64,000 nucleotides of DNA, taken from positions 7,137,156-7,201,155 of the forward strand of contig JAUZTB010000077.1 of the NCBI GenBank assembly GCA_034780895.1, read 5' to 3'. The notes beneath the pieces were generated by a model. The model saw only the letters and a program-made list of their open reading frames with translations. It ran no database searches and had not been told where the DNA came from. This stretch comes from Rhynchobatus australiae (Eukaryota). Position numbers and translations under genes: made by a program. Below are positions 12,971 to 25,300 of the stretch, piece by piece; position 1 is the stretch's first letter, and each line of letters opens with the position of its first letter.

Positions 12971-15900
12971 AATCCAAATGAATGACTACTTACAACAGAT
13001 AAGGCAATTAATTCCAAAAAATCTGCAACATGCAAAATCACACTACCTATATAACAAGAAAATGAATCTCTCCTATTGTGATGGGCAATATCCCTTGTGC
13101 AAACACCATGAAAATAGATTAATTGCTTATTGTTCCATTAAGATTTTGCAATGTCCAATATAGCTATCAAACTCATACATAACAGGTCACCGCATTTCAA
13201 AACAGTTCATGGTATGTGAACCACCTTGAGAGGTTTCCAAGTAAAACAGTATAAATAGAATTACTTTTATCAAAACTACTTACTGCAAGGGAATAGGGAA
13301 ATAGGTAATGGGATGATGAGAGAAATGAAGATTTGGGTGAAGAGTTGTCATGGGGTGCAACACATGAGAGACAGTAGTGTTGGAGAGTGGAAGAGTACAC
13401 CTTCAAAGATCTTGAGTCTGAAGACACAAGAGACTGCAGATGCTGGAAGCTGGAGCAAGAAACAAAGTGCTGGATTAACTCACCAGGTCAAGCAGCATCT
13501 GTGGAAGCAAAGGGGTGGAGGTGTTTTGGGTCATGACCTTGCATCAAGGTTAACAATCTATTTGCCTCCACAGATGCTGCTTGATCAGCTGAGTTCCTCA
13601 GCAATTTGCTTTTTGCTCTTGAATCTGGAGTTCTTTGCCAGATATGGATCTTGCATGACCCTGGGGAGAATTTTGATCACTTTTGGTCTGCAGTTTTCTC
13701 AACAAGAGAAGTACAGTTTTTCAGATTAAAATATCGGTGGAGCTGAGGATGAGGTTTTGAGAATTAGAAGATAACTAGAATTATTAATAGTCAGAGAGTT
13801 TGAAGTCTGAGCATGTTTAGAGAAGATGTGCAAGGGGATTGCTTGCCATTGAGGGATGAGAGGATGTCTGGAGAGTAGGATTCTGACAGCTAACATGTAG
13901 GGGGAAGTTTGGGAGATGAATGTTAAAACATAGCTGACACAGCATGAATGGCTAGATGGCATCTTTTGTGCTTGGGGTCATATAGTGAAAGCTTTTGACA
14001 GATCTGTGGTCTTGGAGCATTTGGAAGATAAGGCAGCAATAAGACAAGCTCAAATTTTCAGTAATCAAGGAAATAGTTTCAGGGCAACAGTATTCAGGGA
14101 TGAGATATTCGGTGATCTAGAGATCCAGGAAGAAATAAAATCTAGGGAATGACAGAATGTGTGAAATGTCAAAATTAATCTATCAGTAGCAGGGGATCCC
14201 AGACAGAAGGCATGGTACTTAATGGAGGGAGTGGTCAGTCTGAAGCAGCAGGTGGTTATGGCCATCGGGAACTGAGGCAGAGGGTACAAATTCAGGATAT
14301 GTATAGCTATGAGGAAAAGGATGCATTGTCATGAAGGCTAAGAGAATTTTCTGCAAGCATGTTAGAAGAGGTGAACAAGTAACATGCACAAATACAGAAT
14401 GAGAAATGAAGTCCTCCACATTCCCCAAAAGTACAACTGAAAAGTGAGTCTTCTATGTAACAAACATGAGAAGACTGAAATAATTATTTGTAACTCTGCA
14501 TGCAAACTAGGGATTCTGATGAAGGGAAGGCATTGAGAAAGTTGTGGACAGGCTTGGAATGTATGCATAAGATTATGGATGGTTCCAAGTCTTTATTTTT
14601 AACAGGTATTTCGGTCTTTAATATGTTTGTCTGTTCAAGTGCCTATCTGATTAATCATTTTATTTTAAAGAAGGAGCAAAGAATTTGCCTGGAGTCTTGG
14701 TCAACAATTATTCCTTAAAACCTTTTCAAACTGACTGGATCTTGAGGATTGATAGAATATTGACAGCACCTATGTGACCATCAGGGCTCCATATGTGAAC
14801 CACAGGCTTTATGTGAAATAAATCATGCAGCATGACTGAATACCCAAAGGATTTCCATATTTCCATAATATACATTGTGCACATGTGTCAAAGGCCAAAG
14901 CTCAGAAAGAGCCCATATTACAAATAACTAGCAATACAAGTTATCATAAATATCCTTGATGTATAATGAAGCTAGTGAATGTTCTGAAATTGTGAACAGC
15001 TATCGGGATTCTCTACATATGGTCAAACCCATTTTTGTCAGCAGGCAAGCAACATACCTTGGATCGAGTTTATCCAAACATGGTAAAACTACATGGTATC
15101 AAATTTCTAAAACTTAAATATGCTAATAGAGGTTCACAGGCCTATAGCTACATTTACTTATTCAGAGAAAATTCAGAAAAGAAGATGCAGGGGGAACATT
15201 TGACTTGGTAACCCTGAACATCCACTATCAGCAAACTTCAGAATATGTAGGTGGCCTTAGAAAATTGGCTCTTTAACAAGAAATGGAACTAGTAATTTAC
15301 AATTTCCAAGAAAATGTAGACTAATTGTAAACTCTGAACCAAAGGGTTTCTAACCCTCCCATAATAAATAGCAAGGAGTACACAATTTATTTTAGTTTGT
15401 CCTCAAATCATTGGCCTTGTGGGCATATTCTAATTCAGTTAACATAGAACAATAAATATTCTAACTCATTTCACTCTACCCTGCAGGAGGTCTGCATGAC
15501 TATACTTTGAAGTCCTGATTTGCCTTCTGCTGATGTGGATTTAAAAAATGGGCATAAGTCTTCTAGTGCCTGAAGCACAGAGATTTTATAAGGCAAGTTT
15601 AAGAACATTTTCAAACCTACTGTTTTGGTCTGTCTCAGAATCATGTGCAACTGGTGGTTAAAACAACTGCTGGCTAAATCTGGCTGTCAAATTTTGCTTC
15701 AAAGTACAATTTAGAAACATTGTACAAATAGATTGCAAAATCTGGCTTAGAAAGCCTTCCTAAACAATCTTTTTAATTTTTCCTGTTCTTAGGTACTTGT
15801 GGCAGTATTTGGCTTGGTACACTTTGATTTTGCCAGCATTTTTGTTTCAGGTTTTTCCCTCAAACTATTTTCACTTATTTGTGGTTCTTTCGGTTTTAAC

Positions 15901-15989
15901 ATTTCATCTTACAAAGAAGTGATCATGGATATATCCCTGTTGGGTTTTTCAAATGCTTTTTATAGTTGCAAGGAGGAACAGGAATTAAT

Positions 15990-16435
15990 TTGTGTCTAAG
16001 AAAAGCTGGTTCAATGATTGAGTCATTTTGGATATCAAGGTAATCAGGAAAAGTCAACAAAGTTTCGTAAAAGAGAAATTGTGTTTGACCAACTTATCGG
16101 AGTTCTTTGAAGAAATAACATGTGCGATGGATAAATGGGAACTGGTAGATGTACTAAGGCTAGATTTCTAGAATGCATTTGATCAGGTTTTGAATAACTT
16201 CAAAAGTTATTGCAGAGAATGAAAGTGTAGGTCTGAACATTTCACCAGGCTTAGAATTTTGGCATGCTAATAGAAAACAGAGCATTGGCTAAAAAGGGTC
16301 TTCTCTTGTTGGCAAGATGTGAAGGGCACTGTGTCACAGGTATTGATGTTGGGGTTTCAAGTTTCTACAAGTTATATGAATGACTTGGATGTAAGCATCT
16401 CAAGCATTGTTGTTGTTATTTGCTGTTGACATAAT
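15990..16435 (+). mobile_element. Decayed CR1 RT fragment
   Basis: Remnants of CLTNL.EFFEE, LDF..AFD, YMNDLD and FAVD motifs. Confidence 0.65.
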
Positions 16436-16439
16436 GATA

Positions 16440-19400
16440 GGTCACACAAGAGCACAGAAGAAAATAGGAGCACTGGTCCACCACCTAGCCTTTCAAACCT
16501 GTCCTGCCATTCAATATTGCTGATCTGCCCCCAGGCCTCAGCTCCTCTTCTGTGCTGATTCCACATAGCTCTTAATTCTTTACAAAAAATGTCTCTGCCT
16601 TCTCTTGAAATACCTCCAATGATCTAGCCTTCATGACCTGAGTTAGGCACTTCCAGAGATTCATCGCCCTCTATGAGAAGTGTGCATCGGAGTTTTAAAT
16701 GACCACTCCCAATAGTATATCTATGCCCACTCATTTGAAATTTCTAGTGGAAACATCTCAGCACCTACCTTGTCAAGTCCCCTTAGGATCATATATTTCA
16801 ATGATCACCCTCATTCTTCTAAGCTACAAAGAATGGAGGTCTATCTTTTTCTGCCATTTGCGATAGGTCAAGCCTATTATCCCAGTAAATCTCTCTTGGA
16901 CTATCCTGAATGCTAATATATCCTTTGTTCTAAAAGGGGACCAAAACCTGTATACAGAATTCAAAGTAGAGTCTCACCAACATGCTGTACAATACTTCAA
17001 ATTTTAACCTGCAATCCTGTAGCAATAAAGGCCATTGTGCCATTTATCTTCTTAATAGCCACACCTGCAAGCTAACATTTTATGTTTCATGCCCACAAGG
17101 ACTAAACTCCCCTTATACACCATTATTTGCAGTTTCTTTCCATTTAGATAATAGTCTGCCCTTTGATTCCTCCTAGCAAAGTGCATGACTTTACTACATT
17201 AAACTCCATTTTCCAGGCTTTTGCCCAGTCACTCAACTTATCTATGTCCTGTTGCAGAATCCAAATATCCTCATCGCAGCAGGCCCTCTCATTGATTCTC
17301 ATGTCATCAGCAAATTTAGATACCTACATTCTCCCCCCTTGTCATGGTTCCGAGTACTGGCCCTCAATTTGGCTCCTTTGATGATGCCTTGTTGGATAGC
17401 ACATGGATTCCTGCAGACATTGTTTCCGACCAGGGTCCCCAGTTTGTCTCTGCTGTATGGAGGTACTTTTGTCAGGCCCTTGGAGCATCCGTAAGCCTAT
17501 CGTCCGGTTTCCATCCAGAGACAAATGGCCAGACGGAGTGGGCGAATCAAGATTTGAAAACAGCACTATGCTGCGTAACGGCACACGACCTGTCGACATG
17601 GAGCACCCACCTCGCTTGGGTTGAGTATGCCCACAACNNNNNNNNNNNNNNNNNNNNNNNNNNNNNNNNNNNNNNNNNNNNNNNNNNNNNNNNNNNNNNN
17701 NNNNNNNNNNNNNNNNNNNNNNNNNNNNNNNNNNNNNAGCTGGATTGTTCTCATGGGAACAAAAAAGGTTGAAAGGGGATTTGAAAGACATATTTAAGTC
17801 ATCAGAGAGTAGATAGAAAAAAACAATTCCCATGGACAGAGGAGTGAGAATGGGGTGGGGGTGAAATAGCAAAAGAACCAAGGGGGAAGACTTTTTTTAA
17901 CACAGCAAGTGGTCAGGGTCTGGAATGCATTGCCAGTGTTGTAGTGGGGTGAGATCTAATTGCATTTTTCAGAAAGGAACTGGTTAAGTATCCAAAAGGA
18001 TAGAAGTTGCAGGCCTATCGGGGAGAGTTGGAGAATGGGACCAGTTGGAGTTATACTTATGTGAATAGCCTCTTCCTGTTTTTAACCATTTTGTGGTTCA
18101 GTGAATAAAACATCAGACTTCAGTTGCAGGTGAAGGGTAGCATGAATATGAGGTCAGTAGGCTGAGACTGAGGAGTAATAGATTAAAGAGGGAATAAGAG
18201 ATGCAGTGGTGTCATATTCATGTTAGCTGTTTGCTGTATTTCAGCTGAACCCAAAGTAGAATGGAATTTTCCACCCCAGTCCTAAGCTTCCCACAGTTTT
18301 AATGGTAAAAGATAAATAATGGAATACTGCCAACGGAGAAAAACTGAGAATAAAATAAGATTCGAAAGATTGCTTATGAAATTATTTTATGCGTCCATAG
18401 CTGGTAATTTTGGTGTATCCAGACACTGTTGACATCTGAAATCAATATAACAGATTATAAGGAGAGAGGTTAGCAAAATTGGCCTTTATCCATGGCTTAA
18501 ATGAATGTGCAATCACTTATAACAATGTTCCAGTATTGATAAATTCACTGAAGTGGAATTAAGCATATCTATTAAATTAAACTGAAGCTAATTATGTCCA
18601 CTGCAACATGTTTACATAGAAAATAAACACAGAGTCCCTGTAGTGTTGTACAGTGCACAGTAGGACTAGTGAGATACAAGGGGGAAGGGACAAAGTAATA
18701 CATGCAGCTAGGAGAGAAAGAGAGTTAACATATTTAGTGATATTATTTGTTAAAATTTAAGCTATTTTAAAAATCATTGATTTAATATTTTCTTTATGCA
18801 TTTAAATATACTTTTCTTACCTCTACCGTATGTTTCCCTTCCCCCCTCCACCCCTGTCTGGATCATTTAATCAGCCGACAGATGACCAAGATACATGACC
18901 ACATGAGATAGTCGAATGACTCAGATCTGATTTCCCTTCTCCTCCCGCACCCCTACCAGGTCTCACCCTGGCACAGGTCCGCCTGGCAAATTATGAGACT
19001 GTGAGAGCTGGAAGCTATAAGGGGAAGCCTGGACGTGTAGCCAAGCAAGTGGTACTCCATTGCTACATACTTCTTTTGGCCAGATTCTTCAGCACTGTAA
19101 AAATACCATCATTCAAAATACAGACTGTCTGCAGGGTAAGACTCAAAACTGCAACTTTCTGCACCGAGTCAAAGTACAATCATGCCTTACAGGATTTTGT
19201 TGGCACCACAAAAGAGTCAACAGTGTCGTGGTACTGCCCCTCAATTTGGCTCCTTTGTTGATGCCATGTTGTACAGCACATGGCTCCCATGCTTGACTGT
19301 TTGCCTAATGACACCCACCTGAGCCCCATCAGGGGCCTAGCATAAGTACCTGGGTTTCTCAAGCAGTAGTGGCCAGAGTATTGGTCAACCTTTGGGTATA

Positions 19401-20090
19401 CTTTGGCTCCTGGCTGCCTAGAGTGGTCAACTCTAGAGCAGTCCTGCATTCTCTGTTCCTCTTTGGATATCCAGTTTGTGTTGGGACTCCACCTCAGATC
19501 CCCGAGGCAAGATTCTTTCCAGTTGCTGCCTGTGTTTGGTCCTGAGGAAGCATCCTGACTCCAGTCTTGTACCAGTGCACTGCATTTGGGTTCTCTGTGA
19601 GCTTACTCTTTGCTCAATGTTGTGACACCCCTTCCAGTCATTAATTTAGAAAGTAAATAATTGAGAGCCAAGGACTGATCCTTAGGACATTCCACTAGTT
19701 AGGTCTTCCTAATTTGAAAAAGAATCATTTGTTTTGATTCAATGCTTTCTTGTGATAACCTATCTTCAATTCCCAATACCATGAGCTCTTATATACTAGC
19801 CTTTTATACAGCATCTTATTGAATGCCTTCTGAAAATCTAAATACACTGTAGCCTCAGATTCCTTTTTACTCCTTGAAGAACTGCAGCAAATTTGTTAAG
19901 CATGGTTTCCATTTCATAAACCATGTTGATTTGGTTTGATTGCAATAATTCTTTTAAATGACAGCAATTTCTTTTTTGATTCTACATTCTAGCATTTTCC
20001 CAGCAACAGATGTTAAACTAACTGCCCTTCTCTAACAAGGGTGTACATTCACAATTTTCCAAGACATTGGTGCCCTGTTGGAACTTGGTT
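16440..20090 (-). mobile_element. Older CR1 LINE interrupted by the Gypsy element
   Basis: Reverse-strand KFADD motif (tcatcagcaaattt ~17304) continues after 19632 with YIND/QGSVLG-like and AFNKM-like sequence; CR1 3' end ~16450-16620. Confidence 0.7.
17340..19627 (+). mobile_element. Internally deleted Gypsy (Tf2/sushi-like) LTR element with integrase fragment
   Basis: 5' LTR start at 17340; integrase core [57 protein letters not shown] (17400-17637); 3' LTR 19224-19627; TSD CCCCT on both sides. Confidence 0.75.
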
Positions 20091-20099
20091 AGTTGGTGA

Positions 20100-21497
20100 G
20101 GTACCAACAGCCTGGAGGGAGGCTAATCTTGTGCCTTAATTTAAGAAGTGCTCCAAGGGCAAGGCAGGGAACCACAGGCTGGTGAGTCTAATGTCAGAGC
20201 TGTGAAAATGAGAGATCTACCTGAATTTGGAAGGGCACAGACTGATTCGGGATATTCAGCATGGCTTTGTGTGTGGGAAATCATGTCTCATGAATTTGAC
20301 TGAGTGTTTTGAAGAGGCGACCAAGAGGATTGATGAGGGTAGGGTGGTAGATGTTGTAAACATGGACTTTAGAAAGGCATTTGACAAGGTCCTGCATAGT
20401 AGACTGGTCTGGAAGCTTAGATCACATGGGATCCAGGGTGAGTTAGCCAATAGGAAACAAAATTGGCTTGGTGGTAGGAGACAGAGAGTGGTAGTGGACG
20501 GTTGTTTTTCAGATTTGAGGCCTGTGACCAGTGGTGTGCCACAGGGATCAGTGCTGGGTCCACTGTTGTTTGTCATCTATATTAACAATCTGGATGAGAA
20601 TGTTGTTAACATAGTAAGTTTGTGGATGACACCAAAATTGGTGCTATAGTGAAAAAGTTTATCTGAGACTACAACAAGATCTAGATCAACTGGGAGTGTG
20701 GGCCAAGAAATGGCAGGTAGAATTTAACTTGGAACAGTGAAAGCTGTTGCACTTTGGGAAGTTAAACCAGAGCAGGACTTACACAGTAAATGGCAGGGCC
20801 CTGGAAAGTGTTGTAACACAGAGATACCTTGCGGTGCAAGTGCATAGTTCCCTGAAAGTGGTGATACAAGTAGAAAGGTGAAGGCTTTTGGCATGCTTGC
20901 CTTTATCAGTCAGGGCATTGAGTACAGGAGTTGGGACATCACGTTACAGCTGTACAAGATGTTGGTGAGACCCCACAGGGAGTATTGTGTGCATTTCTGG
21001 TCACTGAGCTATAGGAAGGATGTCATTAAGCTGGAAAGGGTGCAGAAAAGATTCATGAGGATGTTACTGGGACTGGAGGCTTGAGCTATAAGGAGAGACT
21101 GGATAGGCTGGGGCTTTTTCCCCTGGAACATCAGAGGCTGAGGGGTGACCCAGAGGTACATAAAATCATGACAGGCATAGATAAGGTGAATGGTCACAGT
21201 CTTTTTCCCAGGCAAGGGAGTCTAAAACTAGAGGGCATAGTCTTAATGTGAGAGGGGAAAGACTTAAAGGGACCCTGAGGGGCAAGTTTTTCCACACAGA
21301 AGCTGGTAGGTATATGAAATAAGCTGGCAGAGGAAATGGTAGAGGCACGCACAATTACAATATTTAAGACATTTAGAAAGGTATATGGATAGGAAAGGTT
21401 GAGAAGGACATGGGCTAAACACAGGCAAACTGGACTAGCTCCGGTAGGCAACTTGGTTAGCATGGACAAACGGGGCTGAAGGGCCTGTTTCTGTGCT
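20100..21497 (+). mobile_element. CR1 LINE, 5'-truncated ORF2 (RT) + 3'UTR, decayed
   Basis: [47 protein letters not shown]; LYKMLVRPH.EYCVHFWS..KDVIKLERVQKRF; frameshifts and stops. Confidence 0.92.
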
Positions 21498-22360
21498 TTA
21501 TAATTCTTTATCCCTTACGATAGAAATTGCTACAAGTACTTCCCTCCCATTTGAAACAAGCCCATCTGTTTCCTTTGGAATGTTTGCAGTGTCCTCCACT
21601 GTGAGAACTGGTGAAGAGTATTGATTTAAATTATCTGCCATTTCCTTATTTCCCATTATTAATTTCCCAGGCTCACACTCCAGGGATCCCACACATACTC
21701 TAGCTTCCCTCTTCCTTTTATCAATTGCATCAATAGATGCCTATGTAGTTTGTTTTGATATTATTTGTTAGTTTACAATCAGAATTGTCTCCCTCCTTAC
21801 TGGATTTTTAGTCCTCTGCTGCTAATTCCTGAAAAAATTCAGTCTAAAACCACTAGTTTTTGCCACTTTGTACACTGTAATTTTTGATTTAATATTTTTC
21901 TTATTCTCCTTTGTTAACTGTGGATGGTTCCTCTTTCTCACTGGTAGGAAAGTAAGTTGTGAAGAGGACATAGGAGGCTATAGAGGGATATGGATAGGTT
22001 AAGTGAGAAAATCTGGCAAGTTGGCGCTGGGCGCGTGGCGACACTTGCGGGCTGCCCCCAGAACACTACGCAAAAGGAGTATTTCACTGTGTGTTTTGAT
22101 GTACATGTGACTAATAAAGATATCTTATCTTAATATAGGACATGTAAAATTGCCCATTTTGGCAGGAAATATGAAAAAGACAACATTTTATTGGAAGATA
22201 AGAAACTGCAGAGTGCAGAGAAGCAGAGGGACCTGGGTATCCTAGTTCATGACTACAAAATGATAGTGTGCAGGTATATCAAATACTTAAGAAAGCTAAC
22301 AGAATGTTGGCATATTGTTAGGGAAATTGAATACCAAAGCATGGATATTATGCTTAGATA
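21498..22360. mobile_element. Nested CR1 fragments (minus 21498-21940, plus 21940-22360)
   Basis: MGNKEMADNLNQY..VLTVEDT (CR1 ORF2 linker); EEDIRRL..DMDRL and QRDLG.LVH-like motifs. Confidence 0.65.
22020..22131 (+). mobile_element. Short SINE/LINE 3' end with AATAAA and ATCTT tail; second copy at ~7492-7660 (minus)
   Basis: GGCGACACTTGCGGGCTGCCCCCAGAACACTACGC...GTACATGTGACTAATAAAGATATCTTATCT matches the reverse complement of 7492-7650. Confidence 0.7.
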
Positions 22361-25300
22361 GGTTACATTGCCTCGTGTTGGTGATGGAGAACTCTTGGAT
22401 GCAAAGAGCCACATTATGAAACCCCATATCAACCCCATGGATTACATAAAAAGAAAGGATTTATCTGTAATCAATGTCCAAAAATATTGTCATACTGATT
22501 CAGAGATTATCTAGCAACCTGCTATGAGAGAATCATTGTGTCACCTTGATTCCTACATTTTGGGGAGAAACGGTAGGTCCATAATGCAGAAGATTGATCA
22601 TGAACCAATCCAACTAGTGCTTCCTTTATCGCTGACCTCATTGAGAAAGCACCTAGAGCAAGTGAGTGTCTTGATTCAAGCTTGAGCATCTGTTTGTAGT
22701 TCCATACCCACCATCTAATATTGCTTTTAGTAATATTTCTACCATTTTCTATTTGGCCTGTGCACTAATCTCAGAATGTCTTTCCTAAATACCATCAATT
22801 GATTCTAAGCCATAAATTTTCATTGTTATCTTATATAGATGGCCACTTTAGACTTTCAAAAGAATGTATCTTGAGCCATTTAATATATATCACCCTGCTT
22901 ACCAAGAGAAAGTACAGATGATAACTGAATGCATAAATTTTGTTAGTCAATAATGCTTCAACATCATAGTTCTTTTCTTTAAAAAAATTCTGCAGTACAT
23001 TGGCACAATTTTATATTAAAAATCAACAACAAAAAATATTTAAATAATGAAGCAATAAACACACTGAAATAGTGAAAATTTCAAAAACCAAGAGCAAGAC
23101 ACACAGTGTGAATCTATTTCTGCAGAATGAATTAAATAGCTTGTTAAAGCACACTTAGTACAATAGGTGGTTGATAGTGTGTTCCACCTCCTCCCACATC
23201 CATCATACTTCAGCTCATCCTATCAACAGGCATTTTTATTCCTTTTACAGAAATCTTTTGAGTTACTGTTAATCAGCCCACCAAGCTAAGTGCTGTAAAA
23301 TAACAGGCTTGAAAAATTGATAAGAAAATAATTAACCGCAGCCATTAAAAAAATTCAATTGTGAAATGTATTTGCGAAGGGTTTTCCATTTTATTCTTGG
23401 AGAGGCAATCCAGTTGCAGAGTCCAGAACTCAGTGCTGTGCCTCAAGATAAGGGATCAGTCATTTAGGGCCAAGAAGAGGAGAACTTCCCTTGCTGTTAA
23501 TCTTTGCATTTTTCTACCTCAGATAGCTGTGGATGCAGTGATTATATTCAAGGTTGAGATTAATTAGATTTTTGGATGTTCAACCATTCTGAGGTTATGG
23601 AGATTAGGCAGGAAAGTGGATGAGGCCAAAGAGCAGCCTTGATCTAACAGATTGGGGGAATGGGTTTGAGTGGCTGTACAGCTCACCTCTGCTTCAATTA
23701 ATGTTCTTGTGATCTTACTTTATCATGGGATCCAGATTTCGCTGAGCTGTTCACAATTCTTGTTCATACAACTGTCAGAACCATTAGCAGCTAAAGCAAC
23801 AACGAGTACAATTTCTATCAATCAACTGTAGCATGCCTATATCTTCCTATGTCTTTCAGCCTGAGCAAATACATGTAAAACCTTCCCTTCCTGAGAATAT
23901 CTGACAAAGTCCCTGTGTAGCAGGTTTTGTTGAATATGACTCGTGCTTATTGTACTGAAGTGTAATTCTCTTCTTCTTGGCCCTAAATGACTGATCCCTT
24001 ATCTTGAGGCACTGCACTTAGTTCTAGACTCTTCAACTGGATTGCCTCTCAACATTCATTCTCTCCAAGAATAAAATGGAAAACCCTTCGCAAATACAAT
24101 TTCACAATTGAAGTGGTTTATATTTCTGGAAGAACTGAAAACCCAGTAAAATCTGAATATTGTTAAAAAATCATTAATAGAAAAAATATTTGCACTACAA
24201 AATAGAGGCAGAGAGAGAAAGAAATATTAAATAAGAACCAATCAAATACATGTCACTTAACTCTATAATCTGCATGCTTAAACAACTTCTGCCATGGCTT
24301 TTGCAGTGAACCACACATTTACTATTGCCTGTGTAATTTACCCATAAAACATGCCACGTTCACCATTATTTTGACAGTAGAATTCTACCTTTTTATGAAA
24401 ACAAGTATTTTTTAAGCAGTGAAAATGTTTGCCCCCTCCTCATGGCGAGTACTGATAAACAATCCATTATTGACCACAAATCTCATTGGTTCCTTTTGTT
24501 ATTTTACATATTTACACAAAATTTCAAATAAAAGTGCTTTTGTGAAAAATGGTCAAACTAGGTAAATAATAAATGATCCTAATAGACTTAAAAGCTTCAG
24601 AATCAGCAATAACTAAAAGAATATTATGTTTCTACTAATTTCACTCTGTGTAGGCTCAAGTACACAGCAATAGCATTTTGCAAATGTCTAATCTTGTTCT
24701 CACCCAATATTTAGACATATGGGAGCAAATTTCCTCTGGACTTGTCTTGACCTACTGCTGTAACATTGCAGAAATTCTCCCCCTTTCACATTCTAATCAG
24801 GATTACTAGTCAGGTTTATGCCAACCAAGGCCAGCTTAATAGCACAACCCATTGCATTTGAATGGCATTGCTGACCACAGTTAAAGATAGGCACAGTTAG
24901 TGGTATGATTATTTTTTTAATTTTACTTTATGATTTTAACTAATCTCTCATAGTTTAAGGTATTTATCATTAGTTTATCAGTGGGCTGTCAACAGGACGA
25001 GATGCAGGGCCCTCAGGATCCACCAACTAAGACCAAGGCATCACTTGCTTAGCTTTGTGGGAGGGGTATGACATCCAGGCCGATCAGTTCCATAAAGTGG
25101 CACAAGTGCAGCCAAGGGAAAAGCACAGGGGATGTGACCTGGCAGCTGGATGGATCATACATGTCCTCTGTGTTTGGTATTATCTGCTAAATCACTGTCA
25201 TGTTTCCCTTACATGTCTCTTATCATTGATACTTGTGGGTGGAAGCCAGGCATTTTGGCTGACAGCATATAAACAACAGAGAAGAAATATAAATCAAGCC

